Below, in pieces: positions 49,562-63,281 of a DNA stretch of 64,000 bases. The notes beneath the pieces were generated by a model. The model saw only the letters and a program-made list of their open reading frames with translations, was not told where the DNA came from and did no database searches. The stretch is from Squalus acanthias (taxonomy: Eukaryota). Made by a program: the position numbers and the translations under genes. The number at the start of each line of letters is the position of its first letter. The first letter of the stretch is position 1. The stretch covers positions 56,482,001 to 56,546,000 of the forward strand of contig CM059429.1 in assembly GCA_030390025.1 (NCBI GenBank), written 5' to 3'.

Positions 49562-52500
49562 TTTGTGTCCTCCTCACAACTTGCTAACCCACCTATCTTT
49601 GTTTCATCAGCAAATTTGGCTACAGTACACTCGGTCCCTTCATCCAAGTCATTAATATAGATTGTAAATAGTTGACGCCCCAGCACTGATCCCTGTGGCA
49701 CCCCACTAGTTACTGATTGCCAACTGGAAAATGACCCATTTATCCCGACTCTCTGTTTTCTGTTAGTTAGCCAATTCTCTATCCATGCCAATATATTACC
49801 CCCAACCCCATGCGCTCTTATCTTGTGCAGTAACCTTTTATGTGGCACCTTATCAAATGCCTCTTGGAAATCCAAATACACTACATCTACTGGTTCCCCT
49901 TTATCCACCCTGTTTGTTACATCCTCAAAGAACTCTAGCAAATTTGTCAAAAACGATTTCCCTTTCATAAAATTATGTTGACTCTGCTTGATTGTCTTAT
50001 GATTTTCTAAATGTCCTGCTATTACCTCCTTAATAATGGAGTCCAGCATTTTCCCAATGACAGATGTTAGGCTAACTGGCCTATAGTTTCCTGCTTTCTG
50101 TCTCCCTCCTTTCTTGAATAGTGGTGTTACATTTGCGGTTTTCCAATCCGATGGGACCTCTCCAGAATCCAGGGAATTTTGGTAGATTACAACCAATGCA
50201 TCCACTATCTCTGCAGCCACTTCTTTTAAGACCCTAGGATGCAGGCCATCAGGTCCAGGGGACTTGTCGGCCTTTAGCCCCATTAGTTTGCCTAGTACTT
50301 TTTCTCTCGTGATAGAGATTGTTTTAAGTTCCTCGCTCCCTATAGCCCCTTGATTATCTATTATTATTGGGATGTTTTTAGTGTCTTCTACCATGAAGAC
50401 TGATCCAAAATAATTGTTTAGAGTCTCTGCCATTTCTCTATTTCCCATTATTAATTCCCCAGTCTCATCCTCTAAGGGACCAACGTTTACTTTAGCTACT
50501 CTCTTCCTTTTTATATATCTGTAGAAGCTCTTATTGTCTGTTTTTATATTATTTGCTAGTTTACGCTCATACTCTATCTTCTGCCTCTTTATAATTTCTT
50601 TAGTCATCCTTTGCTGGTTTCTAAAAATTTCCCAATCCTCTGGCCTACCACTAATCTTCGCAACATTGTATGCCTTTTCTTTCAATTTGATACCATCCTT
50701 AACTTCCTTAGTTAGCCATGGATGGTGTATCCTTCTCGTAGAGCCTTTCTTTTTCACTGGAATATACCTTTGCTGAGATTTATGAAATATCTCCTTAAAT
50801 GTCTGCCACTGCTGATCTACCGTCTTACCCTTTAATCTATTTTCCCAGTCCACTTTAGCCAACTCTGTCCTCATACCCTTGTAATTGCCTTTATTTAAGT
50901 TTAGGACACTAGTTTCAGACCCAAGTTTCTCACCCTCAAACTGAATTTGAAATTCTACCATGCTATGATCACTCTTCTGAGGGGATCCTTTACTATGAGA
51001 TCATTAATTAATCCTGTCTCATTACACATTACCAGATCTAAAATAGCTTGCTCCCTGGTTGGTTCCTCAACGTATTGCTCTAAGAAACCACCCCGAATAC
51101 ACTCTATGAACTCGTCCTCAAGGCTACCCTTGCCAATTTGATTTGTCCAATCTATATGATGATTAAAATCGCCCAGGATTATTGCAGTACCTTTCTTACA
51201 AGCCCCCATTATTTCTTGACTTATACTCTGTCTTACAGTATAGCTGCTGTCAGGGGGCCTATTGACTACTCCACCAGTGACTTCTTACCCTTACTATTTC
51301 TTATCACCACCCAAACTGATTCTACATCTTGAGCTTCTGAGCCAATATCATTCCTCACCACTGCAGTGATCTCATCCTTTATTAACAGAGCTACCCCACC
51401 TCCTTTTCCTTTCTGCCTATCCTTCCAAAATGTCAAATACCCCTGAATATTCAGTTCACCTTGCAACCATGTCTCTGTGCCGTCAACTCATCTATCTTGT
51501 TACGAATGCTGTGTGCATTCAGATAAAGAGCCTTTAATTTTACCTTATCATTTTTACTTACTCTGACTCTATTTTCTGATGCACTCTTATGCTTGTACGC
51601 ACTGCCCCTTCCTGATACATTCTGGTTATCGTTACCCCTGTCGTTGCCCTGCACAATTGCCTTCTCCTTTCTCCTTGCCTTCCTAAATACACCTTTACCT
51701 GAACCCCTATCATCTATTTCCAGCTTAGCTTTTCTCCCTTCTGATTCTACCCTCAGGTTCCCATCCCCCTGCCAAGCTAGTTTAAACCCTCCACAACAGC
51801 ACTAGCAAACTCCCCCGAGAGGATATTGATCCCGTTCCCGTTGAGGTGCAACCCGTCTGGCTTGTAGAGGTCCCACCTCTCCCAGAAACAGTTCCAATTC
51901 CTCAGGAATCTAAAGCCCTCCCTCCTACACCATCTCTCCAGCCATACATTCATCTGCTCTATCTTCCTATTTCTGTACTCATTAGCATGTGGCACTGGTA
52001 GTAATCTGGACCTTTGAGGTCCTGCTTTTTAACCTCTTTCCTAGCTCCCTAAAATCTGCCTGCAGGACCTCCTCCCTCTTTCTAACTATGTCGTTGGTAC
52101 CGATATGGACCACGACCTCTAGCTGTTCATCCTCCCCCCTCAGAATGCCCTGCAGCCATTTGGTGACATCCTTGACCCTGGAACCAGGGAGGCAACATAC
52201 CATCCTGCAGAAACGCCTGTCTGCTCCCCTCACTATTGAATCCCCTATCACTATTGCTCTCCCTCTCCTCTTCCCCCCCCCCTGTGCAGCTGAGCCTTCC
52301 ATGGTGCTATGGACTTGGCTCTGGCTGCACTCCCCAGAGGAGCCATCACCCTCACCAGTACTCAGCTGGTTGGTGAGCAAGATGGGCTCAGGGGACTCCT
52401 GCACTACCTGCCTGGTCCTCCTCTTCTGTCTGGTGGTCACCCATTCCCTCTCTGCCGGCACATTCTTAAGCTGCAGGGTGACCACCTCCCAAAACGTGCT

Positions 52501-53321
52501 ATCCACGTAGCTCTCAGCCTCGCAGATGCACAGCAGTGACTGCAGCCGCCGCTCAAGCTGTAGCTGGTGACACTTCCCGCACATGTGGTCGTCCAGACCA
52601 CGGGAAGTGTCCAGGACTTCCCACATGGCACAGGATGTGCATTCCACGGGTGTGAGCTGCCCTGCCATACCTCGAATTAACAGACTATTTACTAACCTAG
52701 CTGGAATCAACTTAAAACTTTAAGAAAGCCAAGTATAAACACTTACCAGCTACTCACCAATCAGCTCCCTCCCCTTGTGCCGACGTCACTTTTTGGCTTC
52801 TGACGTCACTCTTTCAAAATTCAATGTATCATCCATCATTAGTTATTGCATTATCTTTCTGTAAAAAGATAAAAGGTGAAATCCCTCATTTAAAAATAAG
52901 TAGGATAATTCCTGGCTTTCTCCATAATTAATACCCACTAACAAATTCGGATTCTCAGAAGCTGCATACTCAAAGCCGTGCATTGGTGCAATTTTGATAG
53001 TGGGTCATTAGTTACAGAAATAACAGGCAATTTTCCCATATTTCATTGAGAGAAATTTTGCCCCATAGTGGTGATAACATAAGTACCATTTTTGCCACCA
53101 TCTTTATAACAGGTATGTAAAGTGATATTGAGGCCAATTTAGTATAAAGTCAATAATAATGTAAACTATCCTAACACAAAGATCCTGATATGAAACTGAT
53201 ATGAAAATGTCTCCTTGATCCTGGCTTTAATACTGAGATTTGTTGACACCATGCTTATTGATGTCTCATCAGCCTTTAAATTACCTTTGTAAAAAAGGGC
53301 ACGAGGTCATATTGAAAATAC

Positions 53322-53508
53322 GGGGGAATTTTAACCTAACTCGCCCAACGGGAAACTGACAGGATCGGACGTAACACCAGTTTTACACCCTGCCCAATAT
53401 TGTTCTCCATTGACTTCAATGGAGGGTGAAATCAGGCCACGTGCAAAACCAGCGTTGCACCTGATTCGGTCAGTTTCTCGATGGGCGGGATAGGTTAAAA
53501 TTGTCCCC
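53322..53508. mobile_element. Hairpin MITE related to 13191-13376
   Basis: GGGGGAATTTTAACCTA ... TAGGTTAAAATTGTCCCC, with central palindrome CTCCATTGACTTCAATGGAG. Confidence 0.75.
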
Positions 53509-53724
53509 TCATGGTGTAGGTGCTTCCATTCTTGCAAACAGACAATACAAGTGGGAGCTGACTCATTCTAATACGCAATATAAACAGGAGCAGCTAAAGG
53601 AACTAATACCTGAGGAAACGGTATCACATTACCAAATAGTAATAAAGGGCCCTATATTAAGAAGCTTGAATTTATTGCAGTGCTTTTCGTAAGGACTAAA
53701 GAAACAAATGAAAAAGAAAGAAAA

Positions 53725-54023
53725 AAAGACTTGCATTTATATCACGCCTTTCATGACCTCAGGATGTCCCAAAGATCTTCACAGCCAACGCAGTACTTTT
53801 GAAGTGTAGTCACTATTGTAATGTAAGGAAAGGTGGCAGCCAATTTGCTCACAGCAAGGTCCCACAAACAGCAATGTAATAATGACCAGATAAACTGTTT
53901 TAGTGATGTTGGTTGAGGGATAAATGTTAACCAGGACACTGTGGAGAACTCCCCAGCTCTTCTTTGAAACAGTGCCATTGGATCTTTTACGTCCACCTGA
54001 GAGGGCAGACGGTGCCTCGGTTT
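53725..54023 (-). mobile_element. Deu-domain SINE (SacSINE1-like)
   Basis: TTGCATTTATAT..CCTTTCATGACCTCAGGATGTCCCAAAG...CAGCAAGGTCCCACAAACAGCAATG...GGATCTTTTACGTCCACCTGAGAGGGCAGAC. Confidence 0.75.
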
Positions 54024-54824
54024 AGCAAAGTAAAGAAAGCAGAAATTAAAAAGACCATTAGGTCTATCTAGCTTGTTTCATTATTCAGGTTCATGATAAG
54101 TTCTGTATAGATAAGTTTCATCTTACATCCAACTTTTATATTTTGCTAAATTATTGGACCCTAAAGTTGAAATGTAAGGGCAATTTTAGTACATCTTATT
54201 GAAAAGTAGAAGTTATCACAACAAAAATGAAAGGCAGATACCATTTTACCTGGATCTGAAAGACAGAGGACTGCCATATAAATACTTCATTATTATATTA
54301 CCTTAACAACCTTGTTGTTGACATGTATGAGATATCTATTTCTAAAAAAATGCTGTTAAAAATCCATTTTGAAGTGGAATTAAGTTTACAGCAACACTAT
54401 AAGCAGTCTTGCTTGAAAGTTGTTGAATCTCTCACTGTATATTCAGGAATCTCTTGATGAGCCTGCATGCGGTGTTATTTTAAACCTAATTCCACTTCAG
54501 AATGATTCTTTAAACAGTAATTCTTCAGTAATAGATATGCTGGGAATGTTGCCAAATTCTCTCAAATATAACATTACTGGCCGAGATTCAGAAACCTTAC
54601 CTTTTGTTTTTCTCCATAGTGCTACTAATAAGCATATAGTTGCACTGATAATGGAACACTTATATAGCAGCTTTGTTTCTGCTATGTTAAATCAGCAGCG
54701 ATTGGAAACTATAAATTACTTTTGGCAAAATTAGCAAACAAACATTTAACATTTCTGCATAACATTCCTCAGTCAGCCATTTTAGCAGAGGTGTTAACTC
54801 ATTCAAAATAAACATACAAATAAT

Positions 54825-55566
54825 GGCCCAGAAATTAAAGACTGAGTGTTGACGCGGGGGTAAGGCTTCCCCGCGATCTCTCACTCCGCGTTGGCTTTTT
54901 CAGATCCAGCTCGCACGAACTTGATGTTCTAGACATCAGCTGGGCAGTGCTTGCGTATCCCACCGGCGTAGTGAATTCGTGCGAGCTGTGGGATCACGTG
55001 ACTCAGTTAGAGCCAATGGCAGCACACCATCTTCCATTCATAAGTTTCACATACGTGCTGTGAAAGCTATGAATCTTACACCCCCCAAAATAACAGCTAA
55101 ACCTCAATTAAATTAAAAAAAAAAACCATCACATTAATAAAATAAGTATAGTTAAATAAATTAACCATTTTAAATAAAAAATTAAATTTTTGAAAAAATT
55201 TAAAATCTTTTAAAAAGTTATAAAAATAAACTTACCTGTCTTTAAAGTCTCTAAAAAAGATATACCTGTTAAAAAAATTCAAAATAATACTTAATTCACT
55301 ACTTACCTTGTTAAAAGTGGGTCTTACTCCTCCTTTTTTCATTTCTAAAATCTTCCGTCCTTACCTGCGCGTCCAAAGCACTAAGTGCACAGCGTGCGCG
55401 CAGCCTGTAGCGCGCACGCGGTGCACCGAGGAACCGCCCCCTTTTCCAAAAACCAAGTGCCGGTTTTCAGCGCATGCGCAGTGCATGCAGAAAACCGGCA
55501 ATTGGTGACAGAATACGCGAGAGTACACAGTGCGTACTCTCGCGTCGCGGGACTAATTTTTGGGCC
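54825..55566. mobile_element. Harbinger/Tourist-type MITE (742 bp) with an A-rich core
   Basis: TIR GGCCCAGAAATT / AATTTTTGGGCC, TSD AAT. Internal GC-rich palindromes. Confidence 0.85.
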
Positions 55567-56699
55567 AATATCCAAAACAGTAATTCCTGGATTTGAGTCT
55601 GCTATTTACCTTCAATTTAGTTTGGGAACTTGTGAACAGGTGAAATGAATGTCCATTAGTCACAAAAAACATAAGTTCCCTACATAATCATTAGGATTTA
55701 GCAATTGAAGATATGATGAAATATAAATCTGATGAAAACAAAAAGTACTGTTACTTGATAACTTATATAAAGATGTTAGCATGTTGGCTGCTTAACAATA
55801 GGCTACAGCACGATTCCCCCTCTAAGTCAAACCTCACCAGTTAACTTTGCAGATAAGCCATTGGCAATCTGCAGATGTTACAGTTCTAGAAACCATGACA
55901 CAGTCATTTTGCAAATGGCTTACCTCTACTCCTAAATCTACTCTTTAATCATATTCTTTAAACAGAGCAGTGAGCACTTAAGCAGAGATTTACTCAAACC
56001 AAACACAGCACACAATCTTTGAAAGCAGGTGTCAATAAAATGTGCATGTTTGAAGCTGGCAGTGCGGGTGGGTGTTCTTAGTGTGTGTACATGAGGTAGT
56101 GGAGTCTAAACATGACAACCTCACTAACTGAAGTCATCTGAACAATTTAAGAATATTTTGAGTGGTTGAGGAAATGAGGGAAATCACCCGCAGCAATTTG
56201 TTGAGTGCACACCGAAAGGTCTTTTCAACCTACAAGCAGATGTTGAGGTCATTTAGTGTTTGCGTTAGGAAAGGAGAAAAAGTGACCCAATCTTGAATTA
56301 CCTTAATTAGGCATGCTTCCAGGTTCATTGACTAAGCTACCCCGGATCCTTGAGAATTTTTCTTTTATACCTTAATTTACAATCTGTTTGACTTACTTTT
56401 CAATGCCAAGTACAGATACGGAATCTATGTGACAGCTTATAGATACAGTAACTATACTCTTATACTGTGCACTACATTTTACAGAATAGTATTGGTGTTA
56501 GTGACAAACATGGGAGTAGAATAGGGAATAAATTATGGGGTTGTCAACAGGAGACTAGCTGATCAGTAGCCAAAGCCACTTCAGGTTGATCATGGTACTT
56601 TGTCTATGGGGCAACATTGATCTCAGTGCTTGTCTTTTCAATTCTAAGGGTATTTATTAAAACCCTCAATGCAGTAGAACACTGACAGCACAAATGTCA

Positions 56700-56915
56700 A
56701 AATCAATTTGCGCATGGTCCCTTTAAGGAAACCGGCTGATGATGCATCATCAAATGATGTCATCAGACCCACTTCCTTCAATTGGCCGGCAAATGTGCTA
56801 GGCGGGCTTAACAAGCCCAATCAGGGGGAAATCATTTTGGACAGCGGGCTTGAGCCAGCAGCGAGGCCACCGACGTCGCCCTCCACGGACCCACCGAGGT
56901 TTGTAAAATCCAGCC
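56700..56915. repeat. Harbinger family-A-like terminal fragment
   Basis: Ends in GTAAAATCCAGCC, matching the TIR of 46333-49561. GC-rich subterminal sequence. Confidence 0.45.
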
Positions 56916-56934
56916 GTAAAAGTCTTTTTCAACT

Positions 56935-57376
56935 TCAACCATAGCTATTTCAACACTATTCATGGAGTAGGCGTGCCACCGATATTTTTCTTCCTCTGTG
57001 CAGTACCTTACCTTGTCTACATTAAATTTCATCTGCCATTTTTCTGCCCACTTACATATTTTGTTCAACTCATTTTGTAATTTTTAAGATGCTTCCTCTG
57101 ATTCCACTGCCACTCCTGGTTTGGCATCATCTGCAAATTTAACCAATTTACATTGAGCTTTTCAATCCAAGGCATTGATATAAATTAGAAACAGCAGTGG
57201 TCCCAATACCAATTCCTGAGGTATTTAATTTAGTACCTTCCTCATCACAACATAACTCATCTAATAAGTACCTGTTGTATTCTTCCCTTTAGTCAATTCC
57301 TTATTCATTCCTCCAAATTTTCCTTGAATCTCCACAACTTTGAGCTTGACTAGTAGCCTTTCATGTGGAACTTTGA
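56935..57376 (-). mobile_element. Old CR1 RT fragment
   Basis: 'KWAEKWQMKFNVDK' and an FADD remnant on the - strand. Confidence 0.7.
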
Positions 57377-57554
57377 AGAAACATGGCCATCTGGAACATT
57401 GTAGCAAATGATCTGATGGACATATAAAAAGTACTTGTCCAAAAGGAAGGGGATTTTATATTTTGCTCCATTCCTAGTAAAACCTTATCATAATTGATTC
57501 ATGACCTATTTAATTTTGAAGCATGAATTGTATAATTCCCTTATCCTTGCCATC

Positions 57555-59923
57555 TCATGTGGCCTTGCTACTCCCATCATGACAATCACAGATAACGTTA
57601 TCTCTAATCACTTCCTTGTATAGCCGTCCACCCACATCCCCCTTCCCCCTCCCAACCACACTTCCTTCTGTGTCCTGGAAAAAGCTCTCCACCAAGCCAC
57701 TTACAGCTGCACTTTCAAATTCCCAACCATCTAGCCTTTGGCTCACCATCCACCACGACATTTCTGCAGCTACTGATCGGCTCAATCACACCCTCACCTC
57801 CACCTTTGATGCCCTAGTCCTCATTAAAACCATTACTCTCTCTCACCCTGGTCATTCCCCTTGGTACAGCCATCATCTCCGTTCTCTTAAGTCCAAAGGA
57901 TGCAGATTTGAACGTTTATGGCGGACAACTGGTTTAACCTTTCATCGCCTCATCTGGCTGGACCACATAAAGCACTATCGGGTCCTGCTCTCCTCGTCAA
58001 AACTGTTCACTATTCCAGGATCATCCTGGAATGCAAAGATAACCCCCGGCTTCTCTTCTCCACTACAAACCATCTTCTTAAACCTCTCTCCCTTGCCTCC
58101 TCCACCCTCACCTCCAACAAGTGCAAGAAGCTTATGAACTTCTTTGTCACTAAGATTGAAACCATCTGTTCCGCTGCCTCTGCTGCTTCCTCCCTTCCCC
58201 AAGCCCACCAGGTCAAATTCCCTCTAAGGTTAACCCTGCCCGAGCCCTGAACACGCATCTTTCTCTAGTTTCTCTCTTATCTCCCCTCATGCCCTCTCCA
58301 AGCTCACCTTGTCCATGAGACCCACTTCCTGCTCCCTTGACCCTATTCCCACTAAACTGCTGACCACCAACTTAGCTGACATTGTTAATGGTTCTCCCTC
58401 CTCAGGTACTGTCCCCCTCCCCTTCAAATCTGCCGTCAAAACCCCTCTCCTCAAAAAATCCACCCTTGACCCCTCTGTCCTTGCAAACTACTGCCCCATC
58501 TCCAATCTCGTTTCCTCTCCAGAGTCCTTGAATATGCTGTCGCCTCCCAAATCCATGTCCATCTTTCTTGCAAATCCATCTTTGAATCCCTTCAATCAGG
58601 TTTCCGCCCCCACCACAGTACTGATACGGCCCATATCAATGTCACAGATGACATCTTATGTGACTGTGACTGTGGTAAACTATCCCTCCTCGTCCTTCTA
58701 GACCTATCTGCAGCTTTTGACATGGTTGACCACACCATCCTCCTCTAACGCCTCTCCTCCGTCGTCCAGCTGGGTGGGACTGCTCTCACCTGGTTCCATT
58801 CTTAACTATCCAGTCATAGCCAGAGCATCACCTGCATTAGCTTCTCTTCCTGCTCCTGCACCATTACCTCTGGAGTCCCCCCAGGGATCTAGCCTTGGCC
58901 CCCTCCTATTTCTTATCTACATGCTGCCCCTCAGCGACATCATCCGAAAACACAGCGTCAGTTTCCACATGTACACTGACGATACCCAACTTTACCTCAC
59001 CACCACCTCTCTCGACCCCTCCACTGCCTCTAAATTGTCAGACTTCTTGTCCGACATTCATACTTGATGGGCAGAAATTCCCTTCAACTAACTATTGAGA
59101 AGTCCAAAACCATTGTCTTCGGTACCCGCCACAAACTCAGTTCCCTAGCCGCTGATTCCATCTCTCTCACTAGCAACTGTCTGAGGCTGAGCCAGACCAT
59201 GCAACCTTGGTGTCCTATTTCACCCCAAGTGGAGCTTCCGACCACATATCCCCGCCATCATGAAGACCACCTACTTCCACCTCCATAGCATCACCTGACT
59301 CCACCCCTGCCTCAGCTCATCTGCTGCTGAAACTTTCATCCATGCTTTTGTTACCTTTAGACTTGACTATTCTAATGCTCTCCTGGCTGGCCTCCCAACT
59401 TCCACTCTCCATGAACTTGAGATCATCCAAAACTCTGCTGTCAATTACTAACTTGTACCAAGTCCCATTCACACATCACACGTGTTCACTGACCTACATT
59501 GGCTCCCAGTCCGGCAACGCCTCAATTTTAAAATTCTCATCTTGTTTTCAAATTGCTTCATGGCCTCACCTCTCCCTATCTCTATAACCTCCTCTAATCC
59601 TACAACCCTCCAAGATCTCTGCGCTCCTCCAATTCTGGCTTCTTGCGCATCCTCGATTTTAATCACCATTGGCGGCCGTGCCTTCAGCTGCCAAGGCCCT
59701 AGGCTTTGGAATTCCCTCTCTAAACCTCTCCACCGCTCTACCTCTCTTTCCTCCTTTATGACACTCCTTAAAACCTACCTCTTTGACCAAGCTTTTGGTC
59801 ATCTGCTCTAATATGTCCTTATGTAGCTTGGTGCCAAATTTTGTATAATAACGCTCCTGTGAAGTGCCTTGGGATGTTTTACTACATTAAAGGTGCTAAA
59901 TAAATACAAGCTGTTGTTGTTGT
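57555..59923 (+). mobile_element. 5'-truncated L2-clade LINE, decayed
   Basis: [48 protein letters not shown]; (TTG)n 3' tail. Confidence 0.9.
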
Positions 59924-61527
59924 TATAAATGCAAATCCTTTCTTTCTTATATTTCCCCATAACTGACAAGCTTACAGTGCTTGAAAAGAGAAATAAATCC
60001 CTTTTGTTATATTCAAGAAAAGAATCAGAACTAATCGTCAATGCTAGCATCCAACAATTGTACACCCACCATGAGGGAAGATGTCCTCTGGTCACTATGT
60101 GTTGATAACATTATAAACCTAATGGGAAGATTTTCTGTGCTTGTTATTTCTCGGAAAGTCATCAAAACCATTCTAAAGGAACGGATTTATAATTTTGATT
60201 GAACTAACTATTGAAGAAAATGTAAAGTTTAAAATTTTGCTAAAATATAGCGAGTGAAGTGTTCCATCCAATTGCAGTATTATTTTTACATAGGAAAATG
60301 ATTGTCCTGGAGAGGCTTCAAATAGTAGGCTATTTAATGTTGCCATTGGAGCAAAATAACAAAAGCAGTCTAGTAAGATAAATATGTTTAACGCAAGCAT
60401 TTCCTTTAAATTTTGTAAATTACACTTCTGAAATATTTTACAGATATTAATTTACAAATATAAGTGGTTAACAGCAGCATTACATACTCAGAATTCTATA
60501 GACTGGTAAATGGCTTTGGAAACTACACATGAATCACCACAGAAGGAAAAATATGCTGACTTACACCACTTAAACATTTTTGGTTCCCCATCTGCCAGCC
60601 ACTCACTAGGAAAATTACCTCATGGCCTTAAGGAATAGACCAAGCATTGACAATTTGAGCCAATGTGCATAGAAAAGTAAAAATATTGAGAGTTGTTTTA
60701 AATTCATGACTCTAATTGATGACTTACTGTTCCATTAACCACCCAAGACCTTGATTTTAACCCTTGGAGTTATGTAGTCAACAACCACATTTCTTTCCTT
60801 TCTTTCAAAACCATTGAAAATTGACATGATGATTTAAATCTTCCCATTAGATTCTTTATGGGAATCCATTATTTGTGATGTCTCTGAAATGACCAAAACT
60901 ATGTTAAACGTATTATTCACTTACAAGCATCAACACACCAGTGAATCTCAAAAGTCCGTAAGCACTATGCCCTCTTTTACAAATATAAGTCACTCTAAAC
61001 TTTGATAATATATAATTCAAAAAGGTCATTTAACTATGTCAACAGGTTCAAAACAAACCTCTTCAGGTTTGGTCGCTTTTCCTAGAGCATTTTGTAACTC
61101 TTAGGCCATCCTGAAATAAATCCTAGATACTGTCATAAGATTGTGGGAGATGAATGAGTAAAAACATCAAGTGTTTGGTCACGAGTATAGTTACATTTGA
61201 GTTTCTTACTGAAATGTATCAAATATATACTGTATACTAATCAGTTCAATATATGAGGTTAAATTAACAGAAAAAAAGTATAGTGTCATGTTATTGCTTA
61301 CTCTGTGTGAGATTTACCATTCAATATAACGTACTTCTGCTACAGCATACAATATCACATCATATACTGAATATATTATAATGATCACAATTTTCAGAAA
61401 AAGATTTTGTTGCTCCACTGTTGGAGTACAATAGAGATAATGTACACGCACTAGCAGCAATGTTCTTTAGTAATAGAACACCACTATGCCATTAAAGCGT
61501 GACCATATGTTGAGCTCTGGACACGTT

Positions 61528-62309
61528 GGCCCTGAATTTGCGGTCGGAGGCATACCAGAAGAATAGGTCTCTGAACTGAAAATAAAATCCGAACTTTCCT
61601 GGTGTCTCCGGAGCTACGAACTGTTCGGGTCCTGGGCTTCCAGGTGTACACCTGCGTAAAGGACCACGGATCCCGGGGCGCATGCGGTCTGCAAGCGTCC
61701 CTGGGATCATGTGGGCCAGGCCAACCAATCATAAAGGGGGATTCCTATGATGCTTATGGGGATTCCATTTACGTACGGAATCCCCATAAGCATATTAGAA
61801 ATCCCCAAATAAATAAGAATTTACACCATTTAAATGAAAATAAATGATCATATGTTCAAAATTAATTAAATGATCGTTTAATTAAGCATTTAAAATAAAA
61901 AAATAATTTTTTGAAAAATAAATGTAAACATTTTAAAGCGGGCCATAATTTTATCTAAACTAATTTTAAATGTATGTGAATGTTTAAATCATTTAAAAAA
62001 TGTTATTTTAACATTTATTTTAACCCTTATGCTGGTAAAAGAAGGCTTTACGCCTGCTTTTACCAGGCATATGGGTTTTGTGGGCAGCTGCTGGGCAGTA
62101 GTTGGGCAAATAGCCCAACTCTGCGCCAGCGAAAGTGATTTTGTAGCGGGTGCGAAGGATCTGTCCAAGTGAAACTTGACAGATTGCAAGTTACGGGTTT
62201 TCGCGCATGCACAGCGCATGCAGAAACACGAAATTTGCGGGGCCATTCACAGCACTTACGATGGTGTATGCTGTGTGCACGCTGTCATCGGCCCCATAAA
62301 ATCTGGGCC
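61528..62309. mobile_element. MITE related to 54825-55566
   Basis: Ends GGCCCTGAATTT / AAAATCTGGGCC. Same A-rich core and TTTTC-GCGCATGC..GCATGCAGAAA palindrome. TSD not matched. Confidence 0.7.
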
Positions 62310-62527
62310 AATATGTAGGAAAGCCCTCGATTATTGCATTAATTTGCCACTGTCTCTAGTGCCCATACTGAATATAGTTCTTGCCCATTTGTTTTGCAAG
62401 CACCTTAATAGTTTGCATGATGCATCAATCTTTACAATATATGCATGTGCAGTGTTTCCAGAAGAGATTTGCCTATGGATAATGTGATGGTCCTCAATGT
62501 TGCCTAAATTTCTGGCAAGAAATTATG

Positions 62528-63281
62528 GGGGAGAAATTCAGTACCTTAGCGCCTCCCGTTAGTGCCTCCGGGGAGCGCTAATGGGGCACTAACGACTTAC
62601 CGTCCGGGCACGGTGATGTTACTGCAGCCTGCGAAATTCACCTGGCGGTTTGCGGAGGCAGTAACCCCTAGCGCCATGCTCTCCTGCGCTCAGAGATCGA
62701 GATGTCAACTGGCTGCACAGCGCCTCGGACCCGAAATTCGGTTCCACCCATTGCAGCATCACCGGGTGATAACACCGACAGCTGCAGGAGGCGTTGTTCG
62801 GGAGGACGGGTGCTTCGGGAGCGCTAATTAAAGGTAAGGCCACTGGTCTTCAGTGGAAATGTGTTTCCTTCCTTTAGGGTGCATTTTGAAAATTTTTAAA
62901 TGGCGCGATTGATCAGCCCTGCACTCTGTTAGAGTGCTTGGGGCTGATTGTCAAGAATCCTGGCTGCTGTCGCCGATGATGAGATCGTTCAAATGCAGAG
63001 CCTGCTGTAATGGCCATTCCCTTTAAGGGAGGGAAGGAGCCTCGGATCCCGGCAGTGCTGCAGTGGTCATTGGGCAGCGCTGCACCTCTACCGCTCCCCC
63101 CCACCCCCGCTTGGTTTAGCGCTCCAGAAGGGAAGTGTTTGCACTTGATTTAGCGCTCCACTTCCTTCCTGGAGCGCTAACACTGAATTTACTGAAAGCT
63201 GCGAATGATTAGCGCCTGCCGCTAATTTTTCCAGCTTTCAAAATTTGGCGCCCCAAACGGGGCGATACGGAATTTCTCCCC
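62528..63281. mobile_element. Non-autonomous MITE of Harbinger family B (reverse orientation to 38199-42353)
   Basis: TIR GGGGAGAAATT / AATTTCTCCCC, TSD ATG/GTG. Subterminal GCGCCTCCCGTTAG and CGCCCCAAACGGGGCG are shared with the intact element. Confidence 0.85.

Larger units (their letters stand above)
45443..52790 (-). mobile_element. Near full-length CR1/HER1 LINE (ORF1 + ORF2), decayed, split by Harbinger 46333-49561
   Basis: ORF1 with Zn finger CTSCAMW..CGKC and SGNH esterase (IGDSIVRG, VHIGTND). EN (YLNAHSIRNK, LGDFN, LDLV), RT ORF 49486..50961, (CATAAGAA)n tail at 45443-45466. Confidence 0.93.
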
